Source: Elusimicrobiota bacterium
GTDB lineage: Bacteria > Elusimicrobiota > Elusimicrobia > UBA1565
DNA: 31,616 nt
Direction: 5' to 3'
NCBI GenBank assembly: GCA_043819795.1
Contig: JBDREN010000008.1
Span: forward strand, 1 to 31,616
Shown one piece after another: positions 17,715 to 26,585 of the stretch. A program made the translations under genes and the position numbers. Under the pieces are notes generated by a model. It worked only from the letters and a program-made list of their open reading frames with translations, was not told the origin of the DNA and made no database searches. Position 1 is the first letter of the stretch; each line of letters opens with the position of its first letter.

Positions 17715-19569
17715 CGGCCCCTCCCCGCCCCTCAAGGAGCTCCGCGACCCTGTTCCGGATCTCGGAGGTCTTGAACGGCTGGCCCTTCACCTTGCTGAAG
17801 CCGACCACGGGCACGAGATACTTGGCGCGGAGCAGCATGGCCAGCTGGCCCAGGTTCATCTCGGGCACCAGGACCTTCTCGAAACGCGCCATGATCTCCC
17901 CGAGGTCCGGCGGAAGGGGGTTCAGGTAGCGCAGATGCGCGGCCGACACCGGAGCGCCCTCGGCCCGCAGGCTCCTGACCGCGGTCGTGATGGCGCCGTA
18001 GGTCGAGCCCCAGCCCACGACCAGCACGCGGCCCTCCTTCCCGCCGAGGACGCTCGTCGGAGGGATCTCCGCGGACATGCGGCGCACCTTCTCCGCTCGG
18101 ATGCCCACCATGCGCTCGTGGTTGTCCGGGTCGTAGCTCACGTCGCCCGTGACGTCCTGCTTCTCGAGCCCGCCGATTCGATGCTCGTAGCCCGCCGTGC
18201 CGGGAAGGACCCAGGGGCGGGCGAGCGTATCCTCGTCGCGCCGGTACGGGCCGAACGCGTCCGGGGCGGCGCCCGGATAGTGGGAGACCTCGAACTTGGG
18301 CAGATCGGAGAGGTCCGGGATTCTCCAAGGCTCCGAGCCGTTGCCGAGGTATCCGTCGGAAAGGAAGAACACGGGATGCCGGTATTTCATGGCCAGGCGG
18401 CAGGCCTCGATGACCATCGCGAAGCAGTCGGACGGCGTGGCGGGGGCGACCACGGCCGCGGGCGACTCCCCGCTCCGGCCGAACAGGGCCTGCAGGAGAT
18501 CGGCCTGCTCGGTCTTGGTCGGCATCCCGGTGGAGGGGCCGCTGCGCTGGACGTCGATGATGACGACCGGCAGCTCGGCCATGACGGCCAGGCCGATCAT
18601 CTCCGATTTGAGGGCCACGCCGGGGCCGCTCGTACCCGTGACCGCCAGAAGCCCCCCGAACGAGGCGCCCACCGCGGCGCCGATGCCGGCGATCTCGTCC
18701 TCGGTCTGGAAGTTCTTCACGCCGAAGGACTTCAGGCGCGCGAACCGATGCAGCAGGTCCGAGGCCGGGGTGATGGGATACGACGCGTAGAAGAGCTGGT
18801 GCTCGGAGAGCCTGCTCGCCGTCACCAGGCCCAGGACCGTGGCCTCGTTGCCGGTCAGGTTGCGGTAGCGGCCGGGCGCCAGGGGCGCCTTCCCCACCCG
18901 GTAGCGCTTGCCGAAAAGCTCGGCGGTCTCGGCGAAGGCGTGCCCGGCGTCGAGGGCCCGGGTGTTGGCCTCCGCCATCAGGGGGACCTTCCCGAACTTG
19001 CCCTTGATCCAGGCCCGGGTCGGGTCCAGCGTGCGCTCGTAAAGCCAGTACATCAGCCCGAGAGCGAAGAAGTTCTTGCAGCGGCCGACCTGCGCCGGGC
19101 TCAGCTTCATGCCCTCGAGCGCCTTGCCCGTCAAGGCGTTCATCGGGACCTTGACGACCTCGTAGGAGGAAAGGGTGTCGTCCTCCAGGGGATCCGCTGC
19201 GAAGCCCGCCTTCTTGAGGTTCTGGGGGGTGAAGGTATCCGTATTGACCAGGACCGTACCGCCCCGCTCCAGGTCCTTCAGGTTGGCCTTGAGCGCGGCC
19301 GGGTTGAAGGCGACCAGGACCCGCGGCTGATCGCCGGGGGTCAGGATATCGCTCGAGGAGAACTGGATCTGGAAGCCGCTGACCCCCGGCAAGGTGCCGG
19401 CCGGAGCGCGGATCTCGGCGGGAAAGTCCGGGAATGTGCTCAGGTAGTTGCCGGCGAGGGCCGTGGAGGCGGTGAACTGCCCGCCGGTGAGCTGGACCCC
19501 GTCGCCGGAGTCGCCGGCGAAGCGGATGGTGACGGCCTCGATCGCGGAGGCCGCGCGGGGCTCGCTCAT
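17707..19569 (-). CDS. korA: 2-oxoacid:acceptor oxidoreductase alpha subunit (gamma-alpha fusion)
   Basis: AGDSGDGVQLTG, FPAEIRAPAGT, SYPITPAS, QTEDEIA, TSGPG, QRSGPSTGMPTK; start by ATGA overlap at 19569. Confidence 0.93.
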   Translation of the reverse strand: MSEPRAASAIEAVTIRFAGDSGDGVQLTGGQFTASTALAGNYLSTFPDFPAEIRAPAGTLPGVSGFQIQFSSSDILTPGDQPRVLVAFNPAALKANLKDLERGGTVLVNTDTFTPQNLKKAGFAADPLEDDTLSSYEVVKVPMNALTGKALEGMKLSPAQVGRCKNFFALGLMYWLYERTLDPTRAWIKGKFGKVPLMAEANTRALDAGHAFAETAELFGKRYRVGKAPLAPGRYRNLTGNEATVLGLVTASRLSEHQLFYASYPITPASDLLHRFARLKSFGVKNFQTEDEIAGIGAAVGASFGGLLAVTGTSGPGVALKSEMIGLAVMAELPVVIIDVQRSGPSTGMPTKTEQADLLQALFGRSGESPAAVVAPATPSDCFAMVIEACRLAMKYRHPVFFLSDGYLGNGSEPWRIPDLSDLPKFEVSHYPGAAPDAFGPYRRDEDTLARPWVLPGTAGYEHRIGGLEKQDVTGDVSYDPDNHERMVGIRAEKVRRMSAEIPPTSVLGGKEGRVLVVGWGSTYGAITTAVRSLRAEGAPVSAAHLRYLNPLPPDLGEIMARFEKVLVPEMNLGQLAMLLRAKYLVPVVGFSKVKGQPFKTSEIRNRVAELLEGRGGADA

Positions 19570-20036
19570 GCTCCCTCCGCCTCGCCGCCGATCTGCTTCG
19601 GCCTGGGAGGCAGGTTGACCACCTCCGCCGCGAACATGTAGGCGAGATAGCGCAAGAGCGTCCCCACGCTCAGCAGGCCCGTCAGGCGGCCCTCCTCGTC
19701 GACTATGGGGAGGCACGATACGCCCTTCTCCCGCATGAGGGCCGCCGCCTCCCCGACCGTGGCGTCGGACCGGACCGTCGCGGGATCGCGAGTCATGAGC
19801 TCCGAGATCGGCGTCCCCGGGTCGGTCCCCTCCAGGACGCATTTGGCCACGAAATCCCGCGCCGAGAAAAGGCCCTTCACCGTCCGGTCGCGGCAGATGA
19901 CGATGAACCCGCTCTTCCTCTCCCGGAGGATCCTGAGCACCTCGCCGTAGGGAGTGGTCTCCTCGGCGCAGACCGGCTCGGTCTGCTTCAGGTGGGAAAG
20001 CTTCTCGGCGAAAGGATCGGTCTGCTCGGTCGTCAT
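19566..20036 (-). CDS. CBS-pair protein
   Basis: GLFSARDF..PISELMTRDP..LPIVDEEGRLTGLLS. Confidence 0.85.
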   Translation of the reverse strand: MTTEQTDPFAEKLSHLKQTEPVCAEETTPYGEVLRILRERKSGFIVICRDRTVKGLFSARDFVAKCVLEGTDPGTPISELMTRDPATVRSDATVGEAAALMREKGVSCLPIVDEEGRLTGLLSVGTLLRYLAYMFAAEVVNLPPRPKQIGGEAEGA

Positions 20037-20049
20037 GATGCCCGGCCCC

Positions 20050-20862
20050 TCACCAGAACTTCTCCATATGGATCTGTCCGGGCGTCCTCTTGGTATGCTC
20101 AGTGAAGCCCTCCGCGCCCAAAAAACGGATCGCCGATTCGATCATGAGCGGATTGCCGCACAGGAACACGTGGGTGTCGTCCTTCTTCGGATGGCCGCCC
20201 CAGGCCTTCCCGACCAGATCGGCCTTCCACACGTCCTCGACGAACCCGGTCTGCCCGCCCCAAGGGGCGTGCTCCTGCGCGGGCTCACTGACTACGGGGA
20301 TATATGTGAAATGCGGGGAAAGCCTGTCAAGGGTCTCCAGCTCGGAGCGATAGCCCAGGTCCCAGGAATGCAGGGCGCCGTGGATGACCGCGTAGTTCCG
20401 GTCGAAGCCCTCGGAGGTGGCCAGCGTGCGGAGCATCGACATGTACGGGGCCAGGCCCGTGCCGGTGGATATGAGAAGGACGTTGGCGTCTTTGGGGACC
20501 GCCTCCAAGGTCATCAGACCCGTGAACTTCTTTCCCAGCCATACCGGGTCTCCGATCTTGAGGTTGAAAAGCCGGGGAGTCAGGGTCCCGGATCGCACCA
20601 ACGTGATGTAGAACTCCGCGTGGTCCTTGGCCGTCGAGGACGACGCGATCGAGTAGGGCCGCAGGATCATCTTGTCGGGAGCCGGCGGCTCGGCCTCCTG
20701 GTCCGCGAGAGGCGTGCGGGGCGCGGACCCCGGAAGCCCGAGAACGGAATACTGGCCCGGCTTGAAGTCGGGCAGGTCCCAGCCTTCCGGAGCCACCCGC
20801 AGCACGAAATAGCCCGGCGCCAACTCCATCCTGCCTATCACTTTGGCGTTCAACTGGCTCAT
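20050..20862 (-). CDS. fpr: Ferredoxin/flavodoxin-NADP+ reductase
   Basis: FKPGQY, RPYSIAS, GTLTPRLF, STGTGLAPYMS, FLCGNPLMI, C-terminal EKFW. Confidence 0.92.
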   Translation of the reverse strand: MSQLNAKVIGRMELAPGYFVLRVAPEGWDLPDFKPGQYSVLGLPGSAPRTPLADQEAEPPAPDKMILRPYSIASSSTAKDHAEFYITLVRSGTLTPRLFNLKIGDPVWLGKKFTGLMTLEAVPKDANVLLISTGTGLAPYMSMLRTLATSEGFDRNYAVIHGALHSWDLGYRSELETLDRLSPHFTYIPVVSEPAQEHAPWGGQTGFVEDVWKADLVGKAWGGHPKKDDTHVFLCGNPLMIESAIRFLGAEGFTEHTKRTPGQIHMEKFW

Positions 20863-22199
20863 GATGTCTCCTTGACTGCGCGCCCGCTCCTCTCCGCGGC
20901 GGCCTCGGCCGTCGGCCTCGCCCCGGGCAGGCTGAAAGCGAACTCGGCCCATCGGCCAGGCTCGGAGGACGCGCTCAAGCGGCCCCCGTGCTTCTGGGCG
21001 ACCCACCAGGCCAGGTACAGTCCCAGGCCGCTCCCCTTTCGGTCCTCCAATCCCTTCTGGCGAAGCCGCGAGAACCTCTTGAAGAGCATCCGGGACTGCT
21101 CCTCGGTGAAACCCACTCCCTCGTTGCGCACCGTGACCGTAAGCCGGCCGCCGGAGACGGACACGGACACCCGGACCTCCTGCGCGTCCACGCCGTACTT
21201 GACGGCGTTGTCCAGCAGGTTGACCATGAGCGTCCTCAAGAGCACCGGATCGCCGTGGAGCAGGATATCCCCCGCCGGGGCGTCGACCTTCAGCCGGGCG
21301 CCGCGCTGGGACGCGTGCGCGGCCGTCGTGTCCTGGGCCCACTGGAAAACGTCCCGCAGGAAGCGGACCCCATCCTCGGGCTCGTAGCGCATCTCCCCGG
21401 ACTCGAGCCGGGAGAGGTCGATATAGTTGCTCACCATGTCGGAGAGATAGCCGGCGGTCTTGTTCATCGCCCGGACGACCTCGGCCGCCTCCTTCTGGAC
21501 CTCCCCCTTGTAGCCGTCGAGATAGGTGGTGCCCCTGGCCATGAGTCCCGCCAGCGGGCTCTTGAGCTCGTGGGCGACGAAGCCGAGCATCTCCAGATAG
21601 TTGCCCTTGGCCTCCTCCAAACGGGCGATGATCCATGCCTTCTCCACCGCCTGCGCGATGCGGTCGACCACTTCGAGGAGGATCTGGGCGTGCTCCTCTT
21701 CATAGACGAGCGGCTGGCGGCAGGAGAAGAACATGAAACCCACCCGGCGCTCGCCCACCGAGAGCGGAAGCGTGATGTTCGCCTTGACGCCCTCCGCGAG
21801 GATGAGCCGCGTCGAATGGGATTCCGGATGGAGCGCGAGATAGTATGCCAGGTCCGGGATGATGCGCACGCCCCCGGAGTCCATCAAAGCCTTCAAAGAC
21901 GATCCCGCGAGAGACGCCGAATAGCTCTCCCCCAGCCGCACGTCGCCGTACGCGGCCTTGAAACACCGGGCCGTGACGCGCAGCCCGTCCCGCTCGATGA
22001 AGCTCAGCCCGATCCGGTCGCGGGGAATGATCCCGTCCGTCGCGGACCACACGCAGTCGAGCACCCCGTCTATCGAGTCCCCGCTGTTGACCTGCCGCGC
22101 GATGCGCTCCAGCGCCGATCTGACGCGCGGGGAAAACGAGGACGAATCCCTCCTCGGTCGGGTGTAGACGACGGCGTCGCTGCCGGCCTGGTAAACCAC
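20859..22199 (-). CDS. Cytoplasmic GAF-sensor histidine kinase
   Basis: GAF region; H-box AHELKSPL; N-box NLLDNAVKY; G-boxes NEGVG and GSGLGL. GTG start inferred from GGAGG just before the aspA stop. Confidence 0.88.
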   Translation of the reverse strand: MVYQAGSDAVVYTRPRRDSSSFSPRVRSALERIARQVNSGDSIDGVLDCVWSATDGIIPRDRIGLSFIERDGLRVTARCFKAAYGDVRLGESYSASLAGSSLKALMDSGGVRIIPDLAYYLALHPESHSTRLILAEGVKANITLPLSVGERRVGFMFFSCRQPLVYEEEHAQILLEVVDRIAQAVEKAWIIARLEEAKGNYLEMLGFVAHELKSPLAGLMARGTTYLDGYKGEVQKEAAEVVRAMNKTAGYLSDMVSNYIDLSRLESGEMRYEPEDGVRFLRDVFQWAQDTTAAHASQRGARLKVDAPAGDILLHGDPVLLRTLMVNLLDNAVKYGVDAQEVRVSVSVSGGRLTVTVRNEGVGFTEEQSRMLFKRFSRLRQKGLEDRKGSGLGLYLAWWVAQKHGGRLSASSEPGRWAEFAFSLPGARPTAEAAAERSGRAVKETS

Positions 22200-22201
22200 C
22201 C

Positions 22202-23620
22202 CTATCGCCTCCGTTTCGTCCGTCTCGCTCCGGCGCGCCTCTCCCAGACATGAGGGTCCAGCAGCCGGTCCAACTCCTTGCGCGTCAGCAGGCCGCGCTC
22301 CTCCACGAGCCGGGTCACGGCGACGCCCCGCCGTTGGGCCTCCCGGAACAGCTCCCCGGCCCGCGCGTAGCCGATAAGCGGATTGAGAAGGGCGGCCACC
22401 GAAAGGCTCCTCTCCCGGTAATCCCGGCATCGGGCTGCGTCCGCGCGGATTTCGCGGACGCAGCGCCTCTCCACCTCGGGGAGGAAGTTGATAAGGAGCT
22501 GGGCGGAATCCAGCAGGTTGTGGGCCGAGAGCGGCATCATGACGTTCAGGTCCATCTGCCCCGCCTGCGCGCACAAAGCCACCGCCAAGTCCCGGGCGAC
22601 GATCTGGAACGCCACCATGTTGAGGCACTCCAGGATCGAGGGATTCACCTTCCCGGGCATGATGGAGGAGCCCGGCTGAGCGGCCGGAAGGCGAATCTCC
22701 GCCAGGCCGGTGTTCGGGCCCGAAGAAAGCAGGCGCAGGTCGTTGGCCACGCGGATCAGCTCGAGGCAAAGCTCCTTGAGGGCGCTCGAGACGGCCGCCA
22801 GCGGCTGGTGGCTCTGCAGGCCCAGGCGCATGTCGGGCGCGGGCTTGAGGGGCAGCCCGGTGAGCCTCGCCAAATGCCGGACCGCCCTGCGGCGGAACCC
22901 GGGCGGGGTGTTCGCGCCCGTGCCGGCCGCCGTCCCGCCGAGCGGGACCTCCCGCAGGAGCCGGGAGCGGCGCTCGAGCTCCAGGCGGCAGGCCCGGAGC
23001 GCCGCCGCGTACGCCGCGAACTCCTGGCCCAGGGAGATGGGGACCGCGTCCTGAAGATGCGTCCGGGCCGACTTCACGACGGCCCGAAACTCCCGTCCCT
23101 TGGCGGCGAAAGCCTTCTCCAGGGAACGCAGGACGGGAAGCAGCTCTCGGACCTGCCCGAGCAGGGCCACGTACGTCGCGGTCGGGAAGGAATCGTTGGT
23201 GCTCTGCGACATGTTGACGTGATCGTTGGGGTGGATGGCGGAATAGTCCCCCTTCGGCCGGCCGGAGAGCTCCAGGGCGCGGTTCGCGACGACCTCGTTG
23301 ACGTTCATGTTGAGCGACGTGCCCGCCCCCGCCTGGTAGACGTCCACCACGAACTGGCCGTCAAGCCGGCCGGCCAGGACCTCCTCGCACGCCTTGATCA
23401 CGGGCCGGGAGATCGAGGCCTTGAGCGCTCCAAGCTCCCGGTTCGCCGTGGCGCACGCCACCTTGACCGCCGCGTAGGCTCGGATCAGCGCCGGGTGCGC
23501 CCTCAAGCCCGAGACCGGGAAGTTCTCTTTGGCCCTGAGGGTCTGGACGCCGTAGTAGGCCTCGCGAGGGACCTTCCTGGTCCCCAAGGAATCCTTCTCG
23601 ATCCGGGTCCGGCCGCTCAT
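22202..23620 (-). CDS. aspA: Aspartate ammonia-lyase (fumarase/aspartase family)
   Basis: RIEKDSLG, YYGVQT, QAGAGTSLNMN, SQSTND, RTHLQDA, GSSIMPGKVNP. GAGTS favours AspA over FumC. Confidence 0.8.
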   Translation of the reverse strand: MSGRTRIEKDSLGTRKVPREAYYGVQTLRAKENFPVSGLRAHPALIRAYAAVKVACATANRELGALKASISRPVIKACEEVLAGRLDGQFVVDVYQAGAGTSLNMNVNEVVANRALELSGRPKGDYSAIHPNDHVNMSQSTNDSFPTATYVALLGQVRELLPVLRSLEKAFAAKGREFRAVVKSARTHLQDAVPISLGQEFAAYAAALRACRLELERRSRLLREVPLGGTAAGTGANTPPGFRRRAVRHLARLTGLPLKPAPDMRLGLQSHQPLAAVSSALKELCLELIRVANDLRLLSSGPNTGLAEIRLPAAQPGSSIMPGKVNPSILECLNMVAFQIVARDLAVALCAQAGQMDLNVMMPLSAHNLLDSAQLLINFLPEVERRCVREIRADAARCRDYRERSLSVAALLNPLIGYARAGELFREAQRRGVAVTRLVEERGLLTRKELDRLLDPHVWERRAGARRTKRRR

Positions 23621-23662
23621 GCGTTGCGTTCCCCTGGGAGAGAGCGCCTGCTCCGCCTCCGC

Positions 23663-23693
23663 AAATGGGTGCCTGTCCGTCTCTATAGGTTAC
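23663..23693 (-). promoter_or_regulatory. Putative ECF-sigma promoter upstream of the aspA operon
   Basis: GTAAC-16 nt-GCACCCATTT. Confidence 0.65.
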
Positions 23694-23727
23694 ATTGTTA
23701 CTAATATTATTAGCAAATCAATCAGTC

Positions 23728-23758
23728 AGCGCGCCAAGCGCTGCGCGCTTGGCGCGCT
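23728..23758. repeat. Perfect 14-bp inverted repeat
   Basis: AGCGCGCCAAGCGC-TGC-GCGCTTGGCGCGCT; a second hairpin GCCCGCC-TTC-GGCGGGC lies at 23787-23803. Confidence 0.8.
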
Positions 23759-23843
23759 TGGACCTCATTACTCATCAAAAGGCTCCGCCCGCCTTCGGCG
23801 GGCAACCCCTTCATAACTCAGCGGTGCAAGCGACCGGTCGGCG

Positions 23844-24296
23844 CTACGCGCGACCGTCGCTGACCTCCCCGGTCAACTCGGGAGTGACCCTGTATAGCGG
23901 CCCCAACTCCGCCAGGAGGCAGGCCTCCTCGGCCACCCTCCAGGGAGCTATGGTCTTCTCGAAGCATTCGTAGGTGTTCGCCAGAGAATCCAGCAGGTCC
24001 CGGAGCTTGCGGTCGAGCCGCTGGCCGGTGATCACGATCACCGGTATCGCGCGCATGGCCGGCCACATCTGCATGTATTTCAGGACGCCCACGCCCGAAA
24101 CCCTCGGCATCCGCAGGTCCAGAAGCACGACGGACGGGACGATCTCCTTTAGCTTGTTGATGGCCTCCATGCCGTCCAAGGCGAGATGCACGTCGAAACG
24201 AAACTTCAGATAGGCCCGATAGGCCTCCAGGAAGTCCGAGTCATCGTCAACGATCAATATCTTCGGCTTCGGCTCGTCGCTCGTGTTCTTTTTCAT
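23844..24296 (-). CDS. Receiver-domain response regulator with no recognisable DNA-binding domain
   Basis: ILIVDDD, LLDLRMPRVSG, PVIVITG, FEK; GGGAGG RBS. Confidence 0.85.
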   Translation of the reverse strand: MKKNTSDEPKPKILIVDDDSDFLEAYRAYLKFRFDVHLALDGMEAINKLKEIVPSVVLLDLRMPRVSGVGVLKYMQMWPAMRAIPVIVITGQRLDRKLRDLLDSLANTYECFEKTIAPWRVAEEACLLAELGPLYRVTPELTGEVSDGRA

Positions 24297-24316
24297 TTCT
24301 TCGCCTCCCTGCCGTC

Positions 24317-24371
24317 AGCGTACCACCCTAGCCCTGAACGCGCGGAAAACCGCGGCTTACATCGCCCTTAA
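24317..24371 (-). promoter_or_regulatory. 11-bp-periodic direct-repeat array plus -10 (promoter of the receiver-only regulator)
   Basis: Minus-strand units TTAAG, GTAAG, (TTTTC), TTCAG start at 24371, 24360, 24349, 24338; TACGCT at 24322-24317. Confidence 0.6.
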
Positions 24372-24390
24372 CATTTTGTATCCTGCACGC

Positions 24391-25080
24391 ATGCGCTACA
24401 AGGTCCTGGTCGCCGACGACGATCCGGACATCGCCGATTCGGCGGCCCTGTGGCTGAGGAAAGCCGGGCATTCCGTCGTTCTCAGCTACTCCGGAGAGGA
24501 GGCGATGGCCAAGGTCCGCGAAAGCCAGCCGGACCTCGTGGTGATGGACGTCCTCCTGGGCGACGCCAACGGCGCTCATATATGCAGGACGATGCGGGAC
24601 GACCCCGCCACAAGCCACATCCCCGTCATCCTCATCTCATCGGTGAAGACGGGGGAGGCCGACATGGTCTCCGGGTTGAGCGGCGGAGCCGACGATTACC
24701 TGGCGAAGCCTTTGACCCCGGGCCTGCTTTGCGCGAAGGTCGAGGCCGTCCTGCGCCGGACGAAGATTCCGGAGAAGCTCGGGGAGGCGCTCAAGCGCCA
24801 CGGGGTCTCCCTTAACGTCGCCGAGAGGAAGGTCCGGATCGGGCGCAAAGAAGTGGCCCTCACGCGAAAGGAGTTCGACCTGCTGACGGTTCTCCTCAGA
24901 AAGGCCGGCAAGGTCGTCTCGGTGCGGCACCTTCTGGAGACGGTCTGGGGCTACGAGACGGAGCAGTACAACGACCCGCGCACCGTGCAGGTCCACATCT
25001 TCCGCCTGAAGAAGAAGCTGGGGAAGTCCTTCGCCTCCCGCATAGAGAACGTGGTGGGCTCGGGCTACCGGCTGGCGTGA
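24391..25080 (+). CDS. OmpR/PhoB-family DNA-binding response regulator
   Basis: VLVADDD, VVMDVLL, GADDYLAKP, LTRKEFDLL, VWG, RTVQVHIFRLKKKL, VGSGYR. Confidence 0.93.
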   Translation: MRYKVLVADDDPDIADSAALWLRKAGHSVVLSYSGEEAMAKVRESQPDLVVMDVLLGDANGAHICRTMRDDPATSHIPVILISSVKTGEADMVSGLSGGADDYLAKPLTPGLLCAKVEAVLRRTKIPEKLGEALKRHGVSLNVAERKVRIGRKEVALTRKEFDLLTVLLRKAGKVVSVRHLLETVWGYETEQYNDPRTVQVHIFRLKKKLGKSFASRIENVVGSGYRLA

Positions 25081-25098
25081 TCCCCGTCTCCGCATGAG

Positions 25099-25152
25099 TT
25101 CGGCCCCGATTCAGCGGCCCGTAAGACCGTGTTCAGGCCGCGCCGTTATCAT
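25099..25152 (+). promoter_or_regulatory. 11-bp-periodic direct-repeat array plus -10 (redoxin promoter)
   Basis: TTCGG/TTCAG/GTAAG/TTCAG at 25099, 25110, 25121, 25132; TATCAT at 25147. Confidence 0.65.
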
Positions 25153-25193
25153 TCTCTAATAGGGGCCCCGTCCCCGGCCCAAGGAGGCGCAAT

Positions 25194-25745
25194 ATGTCAT
25201 TAGTGCATTCGGTCGAGATACCGCTCGGAAGAGAGATGCCGGACTTCGAGCTTGAGGACGTCGAGGGCAAGGTCCACAAGGGCCGGGAGCTCTATGGGGA
25301 GAAGGGCCTGCTGGTCGCCTTCACCTGCAACCACTGCCCGTACGCGATAGCGATCTGGCCGCGTTTGATCCGCCTGGCAGAGCGGGCGCGCGGGCTGGGT
25401 GTGGCCGCCGTGGCCATCAACCCCAACATCAACCCGGACTATCCCGAGGACGCCCCCGGCAAAATGCGGGAAAAGATCCGGGAATGGGGCATCTCCTTCC
25501 CATATATCGTGGACGCGGAACAGCGGACCGCCAGGAGCTTCGGGGCGCAGTGCACGCCGGATCTATACCTGTTCGACGCGTCCCGCAGGCTCTCGTACCA
25601 CGGCCGATTCGACGACGACTGGCAGGACGAGACCCGGGTCAAGCGCCGGGACCTGGAGAGCGCCGTCGAAGCGCTCGCCGCCGGCCGGCCCGTGTCCGCC
25701 GAGCAGCTCCCCTCCATGGGCTGCTCCATCAAGTGGCGGGGCTGA
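25194..25745 (+). CDS. Thioredoxin-family (AhpC/TSA-like) redoxin
   Basis: FTCNHCPY, YPEDAP, FGAQCTPDLYLFD, YHGRFDD, SMGCSIKW; AAGGAGG RBS. Confidence 0.92.
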   Translation: MSLVHSVEIPLGREMPDFELEDVEGKVHKGRELYGEKGLLVAFTCNHCPYAIAIWPRLIRLAERARGLGVAAVAINPNINPDYPEDAPGKMREKIREWGISFPYIVDAEQRTARSFGAQCTPDLYLFDASRRLSYHGRFDDDWQDETRVKRRDLESAVEALAAGRPVSAEQLPSMGCSIKWRG

Positions 25746-25762
25746 GCTCGTCCCGCTAAGAC

Positions 25763-25816
25763 TTAATGCGGATGTAAGCCGGCGTTGAGCCCGCGATAAG
25801 CCTCCGGCAGTATACT
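25763..25816 (+). promoter_or_regulatory. 11-bp-periodic direct-repeat array plus -10 (azoR promoter)
   Basis: TTAAT/GTAAG/TTGAG/ATAAG at 25763, 25774, 25785, 25796; TATACT at 25811. Confidence 0.65.
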
Positions 25817-25900
25817 TTCAGGAAAGGCTCCGTCTTTGTCCTCTCGCTCAAGACTTGGAGCCGGGACAAGCGAGACGGAATAATATCAGGAGGTGACGCG

Positions 25901-26563
25901 ATGCCCAGACTGCTGCACATCATCGCCACGCCGCGCGGCGAGGAGTCCCGGACGCTGAGGGTGTCCCGGGCATTCCTGGATCGCTTCAAGGCGGAGAATC
26001 CGGAAGGGGTCATCGACGAGCTGGATCTCTTCAAAGAGGAGCTCCCTCCCGTGGGCGCCAAGCAGGCGCACGCCAAATACGTGCTCATGGCGGGCGGGCG
26101 GCTCAACGGCGGGACCAAGTCGCCGTGGGAGGACGTCGAGCGCCACATCAAGAAGTTCCTCGACGCGGACGTCTATCTGGTCAGCGCTCCCATGTGGAAC
26201 TTCGGGATCCCCTACGTGCTCAAGCACTACATCGACGTGATCGTGCAGCCGGGCTATCTCTTCCGCTACAACGCCCAGGGCCCCGAAGGATTGGTCAAAG
26301 ACAAGAAGATGGTCGTGGTCACCTCCCGGGGCGGCGACTACGGGGAGGGAACCCCGGCCCATGCCTTCGACCTTCAGGAGCCCTATCTGCGCGCGGTCTT
26401 CGGGTTCGTGGGCATCACGGACATCACCTTCGTCCATGCCCAGGGCATGGACTCCGGCAGCTACGAGAACCGGGAGGAGCGCATCCAGGGGGCCATCTCG
26501 CGGGTGAAGCGAGCCGCCGCCGGGGAGTGGGCCGAGGAGACGGCCGGGAGCGGGCTCCGATAA
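25901..26563 (+). CDS. azoR: FMN-dependent NADH:quinone oxidoreductase/azoreductase
   Basis: ATPRGEESRT, APMWNFGIPYVLKHYID, FRYNAQGPEGL, SRGGDY; AGGAGG RBS. Confidence 0.92.
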   Translation: MPRLLHIIATPRGEESRTLRVSRAFLDRFKAENPEGVIDELDLFKEELPPVGAKQAHAKYVLMAGGRLNGGTKSPWEDVERHIKKFLDADVYLVSAPMWNFGIPYVLKHYIDVIVQPGYLFRYNAQGPEGLVKDKKMVVVTSRGGDYGEGTPAHAFDLQEPYLRAVFGFVGITDITFVHAQGMDSGSYENREERIQGAISRVKRAAAGEWAEETAGSGLR

Positions 26564-26585
26564 GGAGGCCGGGCGGTCCCCGGCG

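Noticed and set aside
3186..19641. Very long alternative-frame ORFs (e.g. 3186-5639, 3314-5641, 8465-10882, 11788-14130, 17533-19641)
   Set aside because: Shadow ORFs typical of high-GC DNA, overlapping well-supported genes and lacking family motifs.
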